Notes under the pieces: model-generated
Databases searched by the model: none
What the model saw: the letters and a program-made list of their open reading frames with translations, nothing else
What the model was told of the DNA's origin: nothing
From: an uncultured Candidatus Saccharibacteria bacterium
GTDB taxonomy: Bacteria > Patescibacteriota > Minisyncoccia > Phycocordibacterales > Zambryskibacteraceae
NCBI GenBank assembly: GCA_964582295.1
Contig: CAZOQP010000001.1
Coordinates: 84,754-148,753, forward strand
Direction: 5' to 3'
DNA: 64,000 nucleotides
In this document: piece after piece, positions 1 to 9,065 of the stretch
Layout of the letters: each line of letters begins with the position of its first letter
Numbering within the stretch: the first letter of the stretch is position 1
Made by a program: the position numbers and the translations under genes

Positions 1-551
1 AATGGTCGTGCCGGAGAGAATACTTTGGAAAGTGCCTGTATCTCTTTTTCAAATTGAAGACCGACATAACTTGGGAGAAATTTGGGTATTGAAACTATAG
101 AAGCGTGCGCCCGGTGAGAAACAGAAAATGCTTCGTTCACATAAACATCCGCGTATGAAGCCAGGTGCTTTGCAAAAACTTCGTCATTTCCTTTTTCCTC
201 TCCGTACTCACGCAAGTTTTCAAGAACAACTATCTTTCCTTCTGAAAAAGCTTCATCTATTTGAGGGTTTTTAGCCGGAAAATAATCTTTTACGAACGAA
301 ACAGGAAAATACTCCTGAAGGAGTGCCACGACCGGAGCCATGGTCGTGGCACCTTCACCATGATTTCCTTCAATATGGCTGGCAATTATTATTTGGGCCC
401 CCGCCTCTTTCAAAAAGGATATGGTGGGCAAGAGCGCCTCTATACGAAAAGTATCTTTAACTCCACCTTCATCGATCGGCACATTAAGATCGGCGCGCAC
501 AAGCACTTTTTTCCCTGCAACAGCGCTTTTATTTTGACTAAGAAATTGCAT
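1..551 (-). CDS. pgk: phosphoglycerate kinase, N-terminal part (gene continues beyond window start)
   Basis: Reverse-strand translation from ATG at 551 gives MQFLSQNKSAVAGKKVLVRADLNVPIDEGG..., the typical PGK N-terminus. No stop before position 1. Overlaps the tpiA stop in a pgk-tpiA operon arrangement. Confidence 0.8.
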   Translation of the reverse strand, partial: MQFLSQNKSAVAGKKVLVRADLNVPIDEGGVKDTFRIEALLPTISFLKEAGAQIIIASHIEGNHGEGATTMAPVVALLQEYFPVSFVKDYFPAKNPQIDEAFSEGKIVVLENLREYGEEKGNDEVFAKHLASYADVYVNEAFSVSHRAHASIVSIPKFLPSYVGLQFEKEIQALSKVFSPARP

Positions 552-1311
552 TGAGTATCCCTTCTATCTCTTTTTTCTTCAAACCAGCCCGACCGACCAA
601 AAATCCCGAGATGTCACCACTTGAAATTATCTCCGCTGCGTTCGCGGGAAAAACCGAACCTCCGTAAATAATATTTAGAGCACGGGCTATCTTGCCGCCA
701 TACATATGAGACAAAATTTTCCTTATGAAAAGCGCTGTTTCAGGTATCTCCTTCGGAGACACGGCCCCTTTAGATTTTTCCCCGACTGCCCATACTGGTT
801 CATATGCAATTATCACTTTGGACACCAACTGTTTGGGTACACCTTTGAAAGATTCTTCCAACTGAACACGAAGCTCGTGCCAGAACTCTCCGGAATGATT
901 CCTTTCTTTTTCACCCACGCATACTATAGGCACAAGACCGGCCTGCAATGCCGTTTTTATTTTTCTTGCGATGGTGGCACTTGTCTCACCAAGAGCCCTT
1001 CTTTCCGAATGCCCCAAAATGACATGGCTCGCCCCCAGACCCAAGAGCTGAATAGGACTGACGAATCCCGTGAAAGCCCCCTCTTTTTCAAAAAAAACGT
1101 CCTGTGCACCCAAAAAAAGATTCCTGGGTCTTTTAGTATCGGCCAAAAGACCTAAGAACGGCATAGGCGGGAATGCCGCAAGAAATATCTTTACCCCGCT
1201 CTTCCCCCCAAAACGCTTGGCAAGCGACACATAATCCTTGAAAAGTCCGCGAGCATCGTCGGCAGAGACCGGGTTCATCTTCCAGTTCCCAGCAAAAAGG
1301 ATTTTTTTCAT
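538..1311 (-). CDS. tpiA: triosephosphate isomerase
   Basis: ORF 538..1362. The likely true start is MKKILFAGNWKMN at 1311, preceded by a GAAGGA Shine-Dalgarno. The upstream extension would overlap repeat element A1. Confidence 0.9.
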   Translation of the reverse strand: MKKILFAGNWKMNPVSADDARGLFKDYVSLAKRFGGKSGVKIFLAAFPPMPFLGLLADTKRPRNLFLGAQDVFFEKEGAFTGFVSPIQLLGLGASHVILGHSERRALGETSATIARKIKTALQAGLVPIVCVGEKERNHSGEFWHELRVQLEESFKGVPKQLVSKVIIAYEPVWAVGEKSKGAVSPKEIPETALFIRKILSHMYGGKIARALNIIYGGSVFPANAAEIISSGDISGFLVGRAGLKKKEIEGILNAIS

Positions 1312-1342
1312 TCCTTCAATTATACAAGGTTTATAACCTGGG

Positions 1343-1458
1343 TAGCGAGAGAATCCTGCCAAAAGAGACTAAGACTTGGGCAAACGCCCCGGAGTGGTCT
1401 CTTTTGGCAGGATTCCCGAGCGACTGCTGTTTGAAAAATGCTGTTGGGTGAGTGGCTT
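1343..1458. repeat. structured intergenic repeat element A, copy 1 (15-bp hairpin stem CCTGCCAAAAGAGAC...GTCTCTTTTGGCAGG plus conserved tail CCCGAGCGACTGCTGTTTGAAA)
   Basis: About 85% identical to 59625..59742. The outer stem differs between copies by compensatory changes. Lies immediately 3' of the pilB stop on the minus strand. Confidence 0.7.
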
Positions 1459-3207
1459 TTACTCAGAAATCCTAAAAACCTCCTCCAAACTTGTAAGTCC
1501 TTCTACTGCTTTAAAAACAGCATCTTCCACAATAGTAAGCATACCTTCGGCACGCGCCTGGCTTTCCACTTCTTCTGCCATATCTTTTGACCTTGCTTTG
1601 GTAATTATGCTTTGCACACCAGCCGATACATACAAAACCTCGTGCACTCCCACATATTCATCTGCTTCTTTATCCATACGCTCATGAAAAGCTTTTACAT
1701 CCTGCCACTCTGCCTTTTTCGCGACTACTTCCTCTTCTTTAAGTGCTGCGAGCACTCTATCCATATCCGCTATTTTATGAAGCGCCCGTAATTCTTCTTT
1801 GGAAATAAGGTGTGCTTCTTTTTCCTTGCCCAGGCGCTTCACTAATTTTCCGCACACCACCACTTTTACAGCGGTAGATACAAGAAACGGCGGTCCTCCC
1901 ATTTCAACCAGATGCGAAAGCGCCTCTGCTGCAGATCCTCCGTTCATTCCGGCAAAAATAGCCCGCCCCGCGAGCACTGCATTCAAAACAACCGAGAGTG
2001 TTTCTTTGTCTCTCAAGTCGCCCACCATCATTGCATCGGCATCTTGCTTCATAAGAGCCCGGAGCCCGAGAGCAAAAGAAAGTCCTGCATCTTCTTTCAC
2101 TTGTGTCTGGTTTATTCTCTCCATCTGATACTCCACCGGATCCTCAATGGTCGCAATATTCACGTTGGGTTTGTTCAAAATATCCAGGATAGTGTAAAGA
2201 GCGGTGGTCTTTCCGGAGCCGGGAGGGCCGGAAACAACTGTTGCACCGCTTCCGCTTTGCATCACGCGATGAAGGTGCTCAAGTCCTGCTCCGTGAAAAC
2301 CTAAAGTTTCCAGAGTAAAGCCCAAAGCTCCCGCTCCAAGCACCCGAAGCAGAACTTTTTCCCCGAAAAGAGTAGGAACTAGAGAAACCCTGAAGGCCGC
2401 CTTCTCATTTTCGTTTTCCATTCTGAAGCGGCCTTCCTGTGGCAGATTTTTTTCATGCAATTCAAGTCCCGCAAGGAATTTCAAGCGAAGGACGATGGGA
2501 AATGCGATCTTTTTCGGCAATACCAGCGCCTCATGAAGCATTCCCCCGATGCGATAGCGCACGCCAAGCTCTTTATCGCGCGGCTCAATATGAATATCTG
2601 CCGCGTGCTGAGCAAGAGCGTGGGAAAGTATCATGTCCACGATATGTGCAATGGCTTTATTATCTGCAAGTTTTTCAAGATCGGCTGCCGGAGAATCTGC
2701 ATCCCCTATCTCCGCCATGCTTTTTGCAAAAATAGCCGCTTCTTTTTCTATTTTCTCGCCAAATTCTTTTTTGAGAACTTTCTGATACACCAAAAGAGCG
2801 TGCTTCATTGAATAGCTGTCCGTAAGGCGCGGCAATATCTTCATCCCCTCTTTTTTCAGGAAGTCCAGAGCGGAAAGTTCTGTGAGATCAAGTAGGGCAA
2901 CCTCAAGCGAGTGCCCACTTTTTTTGAAAGCTACGATGTTTCTGGAGCGGCAAATGGGTTCCGGAACATTTTCCAGAGTTTCAAGGTTGAGAGTTTCTTT
3001 TTTTAGGTCAACGAACGGAATACCTAAAATATGAGCGTGGATGCGGCGAACATCATCCTCCGTCATCAGGCCCTCCTCTCTGAAAATAGAGGTGATATCT
3101 GTTCCCTTTTTCGCAGATTCCTTTTCCGCGCGCGAAAGCTCAGCTTTGGAAACCAATCCAGAGTCTAAAATAAATTCCTTGAACGCCTTTTCGTCAACGT
3201 GCATCAT
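1459..3207 (-). CDS. pilB: type IV pilus assembly / type II secretion ATPase PilB/GspE family
   Basis: N-terminal GspII_E_N-like domain. Walker A VSGPPGSGKTT and the IATIEDPVEY motif. Confidence 0.85.
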   Translation of the reverse strand: MMHVDEKAFKEFILDSGLVSKAELSRAEKESAKKGTDITSIFREEGLMTEDDVRRIHAHILGIPFVDLKKETLNLETLENVPEPICRSRNIVAFKKSGHSLEVALLDLTELSALDFLKKEGMKILPRLTDSYSMKHALLVYQKVLKKEFGEKIEKEAAIFAKSMAEIGDADSPAADLEKLADNKAIAHIVDMILSHALAQHAADIHIEPRDKELGVRYRIGGMLHEALVLPKKIAFPIVLRLKFLAGLELHEKNLPQEGRFRMENENEKAAFRVSLVPTLFGEKVLLRVLGAGALGFTLETLGFHGAGLEHLHRVMQSGSGATVVSGPPGSGKTTALYTILDILNKPNVNIATIEDPVEYQMERINQTQVKEDAGLSFALGLRALMKQDADAMMVGDLRDKETLSVVLNAVLAGRAIFAGMNGGSAAEALSHLVEMGGPPFLVSTAVKVVVCGKLVKRLGKEKEAHLISKEELRALHKIADMDRVLAALKEEEVVAKKAEWQDVKAFHERMDKEADEYVGVHEVLYVSAGVQSIITKARSKDMAEEVESQARAEGMLTIVEDAVFKAVEGLTSLEEVFRISE

Positions 3208-3273
3208 TCTAATTTTACATCAAAACACGTCCGATATGTCGGACGTGTTTTGTAAAAAACTTTTAAGAGAGAT

Positions 3274-5022
3274 TTAGAATTCCTGGAAGACCGGCTTCAC
3301 GTTCACTTGGAGCTGGGATGTGGGGCACTGGGCAGTGGCACCGGTGCCGTCGTTGTCACGCACTGTCACTTGGGCGGTCTTTGAGCCGGTGGTCTGATAA
3401 GTGAATGGGAACGGATTGCTAGATGGTGCGGGATTTGTCGGGAAGTTGGTGCCTGCCCATGTGTATGTGTATCCCGGAGTGCCACCGGCAACCACTGCTG
3501 TCCATGTTACGGGCTGTCCAACCACTGCGGGCGAAGGCGAAGGATTGCATGCTATGGAGAGGATTGGAGATGGATTAATGGTCAAGTTGAATTGAGTGGT
3601 GTGCACAGGAGCTCCCGTTGCGGAGCCGGCAACCGTTATCTGATGAGTCCCCGTTGGAGCGGATGGCTGAACGGTGAATGTAAGAGTGGATGAACAAGTA
3701 GATGTGCACGGATTGTTTGAGGTTGAGACGGAAACTCCTGAAGGTAATCCTGAAATCAGAAGCGAAACGGGCGCCTGCACACCAGAGATGGCGGTACGGG
3801 TCACAGTGTTGGTTGCAAACACATTCGTAGAACTCTTGTCCACGGATTTGTTGCCTCCGTTTGAAAGAGCGTAATCAAAACCGGAACCGGAAGAATAAGT
3901 GATGGTGAAGGATTTACTGTTGCCTGGCAGAAGGTTAAGAGTGGTACCTCCTCCGTCAGAGTTGGTGACGAGAGTTGTGAAATTCGGAATATTGCTTGCG
4001 CTTATGCTGTATGTGGTGCCACCAGACGACGGAAGAAGCTGATACGAACCGGATGTTCCGGAACCTGCGTGGTTCCCTGGATTTATGGTCCAAGAAGAAG
4101 CGGCGTTGTTGGTAAAGACTGAAATGGTACCTGCAGTTTCCGAGCTCACACATTCAAGGCCGTTCCACTCCGTGCCTGCTGGGCATGCACATGTATTTTC
4201 CGTAACATACCAATCTCCCCATCCACAGCCGGGGTATTCTCCTTTGTTCCTCTGATAATCTATTTGTCCCTCCTGATTAGCAGGGCAGGATTCGGTTGAA
4301 GTTTCAGAAAGAGGTTCTTCACACTGCTCTTCCTCGATCGGCATACAGGTGTTTGAAACAGTTTGCCATGTTCCCCACGCAACAGATTCTTCACTGCTCC
4401 AGCATGCCGGCGGATCATTTTTTGTCCTCTCCTGATCTATCTGACCAGTCTCTCCTTCAGCACAAGAGAGAGTTTGGGTGTCTGTTGTAGGAGGTTCACA
4501 TGGGCAGCTTTCTTCATCGACAATACCATCACCATTTATATCTGTTTTGGGAGTCACACCATCTGAACATGTGTCTGGCGGAGGATTACATTCAGGGTTT
4601 AATCCGTCTCCACAAGTTCCCCCACAACTATTATCGCCGCCGCACATGTCCGTACATTGTGGTGTACAGCTTCCACCATCTCCGGGATCATCCTCTAATT
4701 CTTCGCAATACCAATTATGACAATAACCAAATGTCCCATCCGGATCATTCGGGTCTGGTTCATAAGAATAGTAGCTGTCATCTGTCCCGTCAGGATCATC
4801 ACAGTAGCTGTTATGTGTATACCAAATGTCTTCGTAACAAGAATCACCGTCCTCGTTTTGCAAAGCCGTAAGGGCAAATGCTGGAGTGGCTCCAACTGCC
4901 AGAAAATTCGCGGCAATAACGATCGCGATTGCTATTAAAAATGAGAAGAAAAGAGTGAACCCTTTTGGATTCTTTTTTATGTACTGCATATTGAAATTAT
5001 ATATGGGTTTACGCAGAAGCAA
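3274..5022 (-). CDS. secreted Cys/Asp-rich protein with thrombospondin-type-3-like Ca-binding repeats and C-terminal PKD/Ig-like domains
   Basis: N-terminal hydrophobic signal/anchor. DxDxDG-type motifs (DINGDGIVDEE). Two internal Cys-rich modules (SCxxGQIDxxRxK...ENTC). C-terminal YTWAGTNF...VRDNDGTG PKD-like signature. Confidence 0.55.
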   Translation of the reverse strand: MLLRKPIYNFNMQYIKKNPKGFTLFFSFLIAIAIVIAANFLAVGATPAFALTALQNEDGDSCYEDIWYTHNSYCDDPDGTDDSYYSYEPDPNDPDGTFGYCHNWYCEELEDDPGDGGSCTPQCTDMCGGDNSCGGTCGDGLNPECNPPPDTCSDGVTPKTDINGDGIVDEESCPCEPPTTDTQTLSCAEGETGQIDQERTKNDPPACWSSEESVAWGTWQTVSNTCMPIEEEQCEEPLSETSTESCPANQEGQIDYQRNKGEYPGCGWGDWYVTENTCACPAGTEWNGLECVSSETAGTISVFTNNAASSWTINPGNHAGSGTSGSYQLLPSSGGTTYSISASNIPNFTTLVTNSDGGGTTLNLLPGNSKSFTITYSSGSGFDYALSNGGNKSVDKSSTNVFATNTVTRTAISGVQAPVSLLISGLPSGVSVSTSNNPCTSTCSSTLTFTVQPSAPTGTHQITVAGSATGAPVHTTQFNLTINPSPILSIACNPSPSPAVVGQPVTWTAVVAGGTPGYTYTWAGTNFPTNPAPSSNPFPFTYQTTGSKTAQVTVRDNDGTGATAQCPTSQLQVNVKPVFQEF

Positions 5023-5041
5023 TGCGAGCTATGCACATACG

Positions 5042-5085
5042 AAAAAAGCCCCACACGCTGGAATGCGTGGGGGCTTTTGTTTTTC
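5042..5085. terminator. bidirectional rho-independent terminator
   Basis: Hairpin GCCCCACACGC-TGGAA-GCGTGGGGGC flanked by A-run and T-run. Lies downstream of the minus-strand gene 5096..6346. Confidence 0.6.
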
Positions 5086-5095
5086 ATCGACACAA

Positions 5096-6346
5096 CTACT
5101 GGGAACGGGCAACTTCGAAACTTGCTGCTCCGCCCATTGTTATTTCCATGAGCCGAACCTCGCGAACGAGGTGGAACATGGCAACATCCCCGACTGAAAT
5201 CCCGGAGGATGCTTCAGATGCGGAGCACCCTACTGTGGACATGTTGGTCTGCCAACTGCACGTGTGACCGAAGCCAAGTGCATGGAACAACTCGTGAGCT
5301 ACCGTCCTTCGCAAGAGGGGCGGCAATAACCCACCAAACTCGGCATAGAACGGACTCGTGGGAGTGTGCTGATAGGAAGCATTCCACGCCCAACCTTCAC
5401 TCCCCCTAGCACTGTTAAACCTGATATACGCACGACAATTGATGCCATACGTACCAGGTTTGAACATTTGCATACCGAGTTTGGTGTGCAGATGTTCCTC
5501 GATTGCTCCCCAGATGATCGTGGAATCCTGACCTGTGATTGTCTGGTTAGACGCCCCCCTGTTGAAACAGAGAAAATGCGGAAAGTCGGCTACTCCGTGG
5601 ATTGGAGGTTCAGTGGAGCCTGTTGAGAACATCCATGATGTCATGGGCACTCCCTGACTGGGATCGCCCACCATCCGATACATCCCATCTACGGACACAG
5701 GGAATGTCTGCCCTGCGCCGAGCCCCATCGGAGTAACGTACGCCTTTGGGATCATTACGAAGCGATATTCCGCTCCGTTTGTGATGGAGACATCCGTTCG
5801 CGATTCGTCATAACGAGAATCGCCGAACACCCGTACAGTTGCTATAGCGACATTTGCCGGTACCGTGAGAGTCGCCCTGCCATCCGCTCCGATAGGAGCT
5901 TCGACAGAAACGAAACCCGAAGTGATGCGAGCTGTCATACCGATCGGGAACAGCCCCTGGATGAGACCGACCCGCACGGACACGACTTTGTCCTGTGGAA
6001 CGACGACCGGTGTTACCACCACGAAGACGGTTGCCTTGTGGCTCGCGTCTTCCGCCCATGAGGCGGTGATGGTGGTGTTCCCTGTAGTGATACAGGAAAC
6101 CTGGCCGTTCAGTACTGTGGCAACACCAGAATTACTAGTCCCCCACATGATTTGCTGGGAAACGTTCGTCGGTGTTACGGTCGCGGTGAGCGTGATGCTC
6201 TTCCCTGCCTCACAAGACACGGAGGTTTGGGAAACACGGACGGTGACAGGTACTGGATTTGGTCCGGTACCACCATCGCCACTACAGGCCGAGAGACTCA
6301 TGATCGCGCTCGCGATCACAAGGATCGGCAGAGTACGGTAGTTCAT
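5096..6346 (-). CDS. lipoprotein zinc metalloprotease (metzincin-type HExxHxxGxxH) with Big_2 Ig-like domains
   Basis: Lipobox-like N-terminus (SAIMSLSAC). Ig-like repeats. VAHELFHALGFGH motif near the C-terminus. Confidence 0.6.
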   Translation of the reverse strand: MNYRTLPILVIASAIMSLSACSGDGGTGPNPVPVTVRVSQTSVSCEAGKSITLTATVTPTNVSQQIMWGTSNSGVATVLNGQVSCITTGNTTITASWAEDASHKATVFVVVTPVVVPQDKVVSVRVGLIQGLFPIGMTARITSGFVSVEAPIGADGRATLTVPANVAIATVRVFGDSRYDESRTDVSITNGAEYRFVMIPKAYVTPMGLGAGQTFPVSVDGMYRMVGDPSQGVPMTSWMFSTGSTEPPIHGVADFPHFLCFNRGASNQTITGQDSTIIWGAIEEHLHTKLGMQMFKPGTYGINCRAYIRFNSARGSEGWAWNASYQHTPTSPFYAEFGGLLPPLLRRTVAHELFHALGFGHTCSWQTNMSTVGCSASEASSGISVGDVAMFHLVREVRLMEITMGGAASFEVARSQ

Positions 6347-6577
6347 GAAGTCTCCTTGATGGGCTGTTAGTTTGTTGTTGTGTCAAATGACAAAGAACGG
6401 GTTTTGCGCCCTCTATTGTTAGAAGACGCCTCCCTAGGGCCTATTTGACCCTCCTATGGATACTATACACCCAAAGACCATATTTGTCAAGTGTCAAGCT
6501 GTGCCTGGGGATAAGTACCAAAATATGGCTATAAATATAGATTTTTTACTGATGAAGTAAGGTGTTTTTATTGTATA

Positions 6578-6608
6578 GAAAAAGCGACCGGGAATCCCGA
6601 GTCGCTTA
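6578..6608 (-). terminator. rho-independent terminator after tRNA-His
   Basis: Minus-strand hairpin AAGCGACTCGGG-ATT-CCCGGTCGCTT followed by TTTTTC. Confidence 0.55.
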
Positions 6609-6621
6609 ACTACGAAAGGCA

Positions 6622-6694
6622 GGGGTAGGACGGGGCTTGAACCCGCAACCTCCGGATCCACAATCCGGCGCTCCACCAGTTGAGCTACCTACCC
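6622..6694 (-). tRNA. tRNA-His (anticodon GTG)
   Basis: Cloverleaf GGGTAGG..GCTC/GAGC D-arm, anticodon loop TTGTGGA, T-arm GCGGGTTCAAGCCCCGT, perfect 7-bp acceptor stem. Discriminator C; no G-1 and no CCA encoded. Lies directly downstream of hisS on the same strand. Confidence 0.8.
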
Positions 6695-6709
6695 AAACCT
6701 TTTGTAGAA

Positions 6710-8041
6710 TTAAAGAGCCAAAATTCGCTTTACAGTTTCCGGCACGTTTGCGAACGGGACCATTTCTTGCAAACGATCCTTCAATCCTTTGACTTGTGCG
6801 GTACCGGATTCTTTCTCCCTTCCTCCGATAATTACAACTGCCTGGAAGTCACGGCTCACACCGTAGGAAAGCTGTCCTTTAAGCGTAGCTTCCCTGCCAA
6901 GATAGATCTCGGCCGGAATGCCTGCCCTGCGAAGATCTGCAACGACCCCGGCACACAAAGCTTCACATTCGGGATCGAAGTTCAGCACTAGCACTTTGGC
7001 CGTATTCCTCTCTCGCTTTACGAGATCGAGTTTCTCCATCGCCGCGAAGAGACGATCGACGCCGACAGATGCACCTACAGCAGGAACATTTGCCGAACCG
7101 AAACGCTCGACCAGATCATCGTACCGGCCTCCGGAAAAAACACTTCCGATCGCCGGCAAATCCGTGAGGATTGCTTCGAAAACAGGTCCTGTGTAATACC
7201 CCAGTCCGCGGGCAACGGACAAATCTATTGCCCACTTGTCGGCGGGTACACCCATGCCATCCAAGAGGTTGGAGATCTCCTCCAACTCTTTGATTCCCTC
7301 CATTGCCATCGGAGAATTGGACATGAGTGACCTCACGCCGCTTATCGTGTCTCCCTTGCTACCGGATCGAAGTTTGAGGAATCGATCGATAGATGAGATT
7401 TGATCAGCGTTGAAGCCGAGCTCGCTTTCCATATCTTTCGATATCTGGTCCCACTCAACCTTGTCGAGCTTGTCGATAAGACGCAGGACATCGAGTGCTT
7501 TTTCAGACGGAAAGCCTGCGTATTCTGACAGGCCGTTCAGGATTTTGCGGTTGTTGACCCGGATGAGAAAATTCTCAAAACCGAGTTTCCGCATCGTCTC
7601 GTACATGATAGACACGATCTCGGCATCAGCAGTCATTCTGTTTGAGCCGACGATATCCGCATCGAACTGCACGAATTCACGGAAACGTCCCGCTTGCGGT
7701 TTTTCACCGCGCCAAACCTTTCCAGTCTGATAACGCTTGAACGGCCGCACAATCCTGTCTCCATACTGGGCGACGACCCGTGCCAGAGGCACTGTCAGGT
7801 CATATCGGAGAGCGCTCGTTTCATCTTCCGTACCTCGCAACCCTGCCCGGAAAATTTGCATCCGGAAATTAGGGTCGGCGCCTGTGAGAGTTTCTTCGAG
7901 CTCCAAGCCCGGAGTGTCAAGCGGCACAAAACCGAACAGTTCGAATACCGCGCGAATGACATCGAGCATTTTCTGCCGAGGAATCATATCTTCGGGCAGA
8001 TAATCCCGAGTTCCGCCTACTAGCCGTGGTTCAATTGACAT
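6710..8041 (-). CDS. hisS: histidine--tRNA ligase
   Basis: Class II aaRS motifs. N-terminal RDYLPEDMIPRQKMLDVIRAVFELFGF is typical of HisRS. Confidence 0.9.
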   Translation of the reverse strand: MSIEPRLVGGTRDYLPEDMIPRQKMLDVIRAVFELFGFVPLDTPGLELEETLTGADPNFRMQIFRAGLRGTEDETSALRYDLTVPLARVVAQYGDRIVRPFKRYQTGKVWRGEKPQAGRFREFVQFDADIVGSNRMTADAEIVSIMYETMRKLGFENFLIRVNNRKILNGLSEYAGFPSEKALDVLRLIDKLDKVEWDQISKDMESELGFNADQISSIDRFLKLRSGSKGDTISGVRSLMSNSPMAMEGIKELEEISNLLDGMGVPADKWAIDLSVARGLGYYTGPVFEAILTDLPAIGSVFSGGRYDDLVERFGSANVPAVGASVGVDRLFAAMEKLDLVKRERNTAKVLVLNFDPECEALCAGVVADLRRAGIPAEIYLGREATLKGQLSYGVSRDFQAVVIIGGREKESGTAQVKGLKDRLQEMVPFANVPETVKRILAL

Positions 8042-8218
8042 ACAATGAACTCCTATTATGAATGGTTTTCCTGTTGAATTCCACTACATTGATCTTTTTT
8101 AACTTTATCACAAAGAACTCTTCTTGTCAAAATAGTCAGCTGATAATTGACGTGAACGTTTTATATATGTAGATTTGGATTTAGAAAAGGACATTCACAG
8201 ATACATTAGGAGCATCTC

Positions 8219-9064
8219 ATGCAAAAGAAAGGGCTGATCCTGCTCGATATCGACCAGACCATTGTTGACGAACAATATGCCCTGACGGAGGATCTGGGAA
8301 TATTCCGGGCAGAGATCGCCGCTACCCAGTCGGCAGGATTTGAGATCGGCCTTAGTTCTGATTCCGCCATGAGTACGATAAAGAGGTACGCGAAACTTTG
8401 GGGAATAGACGGGCCGTTCGTGGCGGAGCGAGGAGCAATCATTTCCCACGATCACCAATCACCTGATCAGTTTCTGAACAAAACAACAAACAAATTCCCC
8501 GATCTCCGACATAAGTTCATAAGAACACTCATTGACGCCAGCAGTTACGGAGAGACTTTGGTTGTATGCGGGGATGTTAATGAGTTTTCTCACAATCTTC
8601 CTCTACTCTCTGTCGGCGGACATAGTGTAAAGACCGCGATCCTAATCAACGGAATGAGGAGAGCAAGTATTTCATTCTACATTCGCACTCACGAAGAAAG
8701 CGGATGGAGAAAAGATGGTGATACATTGGCTACGACCATTGATCTGTTGAGGCGTTGCATAAGCGATTTTTCTGAGTTGCGGCATACGCATGAGATAGAG
8801 GTGAACGATCTGCATGGACTTTGCATCGTGCATCACCAGGAGACCAAAAAATCTCTTGCTGTAGAGCACCTGTGCCGTTCGTATCCTGATACTCCGATAT
8901 TCATGATCGGTGATAGTGTTTCCGATTTGCTTGGCCATCAGTCTGTCAGGCAATGCGCTGTCGGCAACGCACAACCTGAGTACAAAGAAAGCTGCACCAT
9001 CGTGTCTCACAAAAACATCACCGGAGGAGTAATCGAGCTTCTCGGGAAAATCAGAGATATCTGA
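8219..9064 (+). CDS. HAD-superfamily hydrolase (Cof-like)
   Basis: N-terminal DIDQT (DxDxT) HAD motif I. Size and layout fit the HAD-IIB family. Confidence 0.55.
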   Translation: MQKKGLILLDIDQTIVDEQYALTEDLGIFRAEIAATQSAGFEIGLSSDSAMSTIKRYAKLWGIDGPFVAERGAIISHDHQSPDQFLNKTTNKFPDLRHKFIRTLIDASSYGETLVVCGDVNEFSHNLPLLSVGGHSVKTAILINGMRRASISFYIRTHEESGWRKDGDTLATTIDLLRRCISDFSELRHTHEIEVNDLHGLCIVHHQETKKSLAVEHLCRSYPDTPIFMIGDSVSDLLGHQSVRQCAVGNAQPEYKESCTIVSHKNITGGVIELLGKIRDI

Positions 9065-9065
9065 A

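Noticed and set aside
706-1155. Numerous antisense or alternative-frame ORFs inside pgk/tpiA, pilB, hisS, nusA, rny, comM and others (for example 706..1155, 1799..2128, 7410..7730, 16006..16581, 20566..20928, 33268..33819).
   Set aside because: They lie entirely within, and antisense or out-of-frame to, well-supported conserved genes. They have no motifs and are typical shadow ORFs.
1376-1687. Plus-strand ORFs 1376..1687 and 59680..60030 share a peptide stretch (PERLLFEK/RYCW), which might suggest a conserved small protein.
   Set aside because: The similarity is at the nucleotide level (repeat element A). The reading frames drift between the two copies and the substitutions are not biased to synonymous positions. 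Both ORFs run antisense through bona fide genes (pilB, ruvC).
6494-6676. 60-aa minus-strand ORF.
   Set aside because: It overlaps tRNA-His and its terminator and shows no coding signal.
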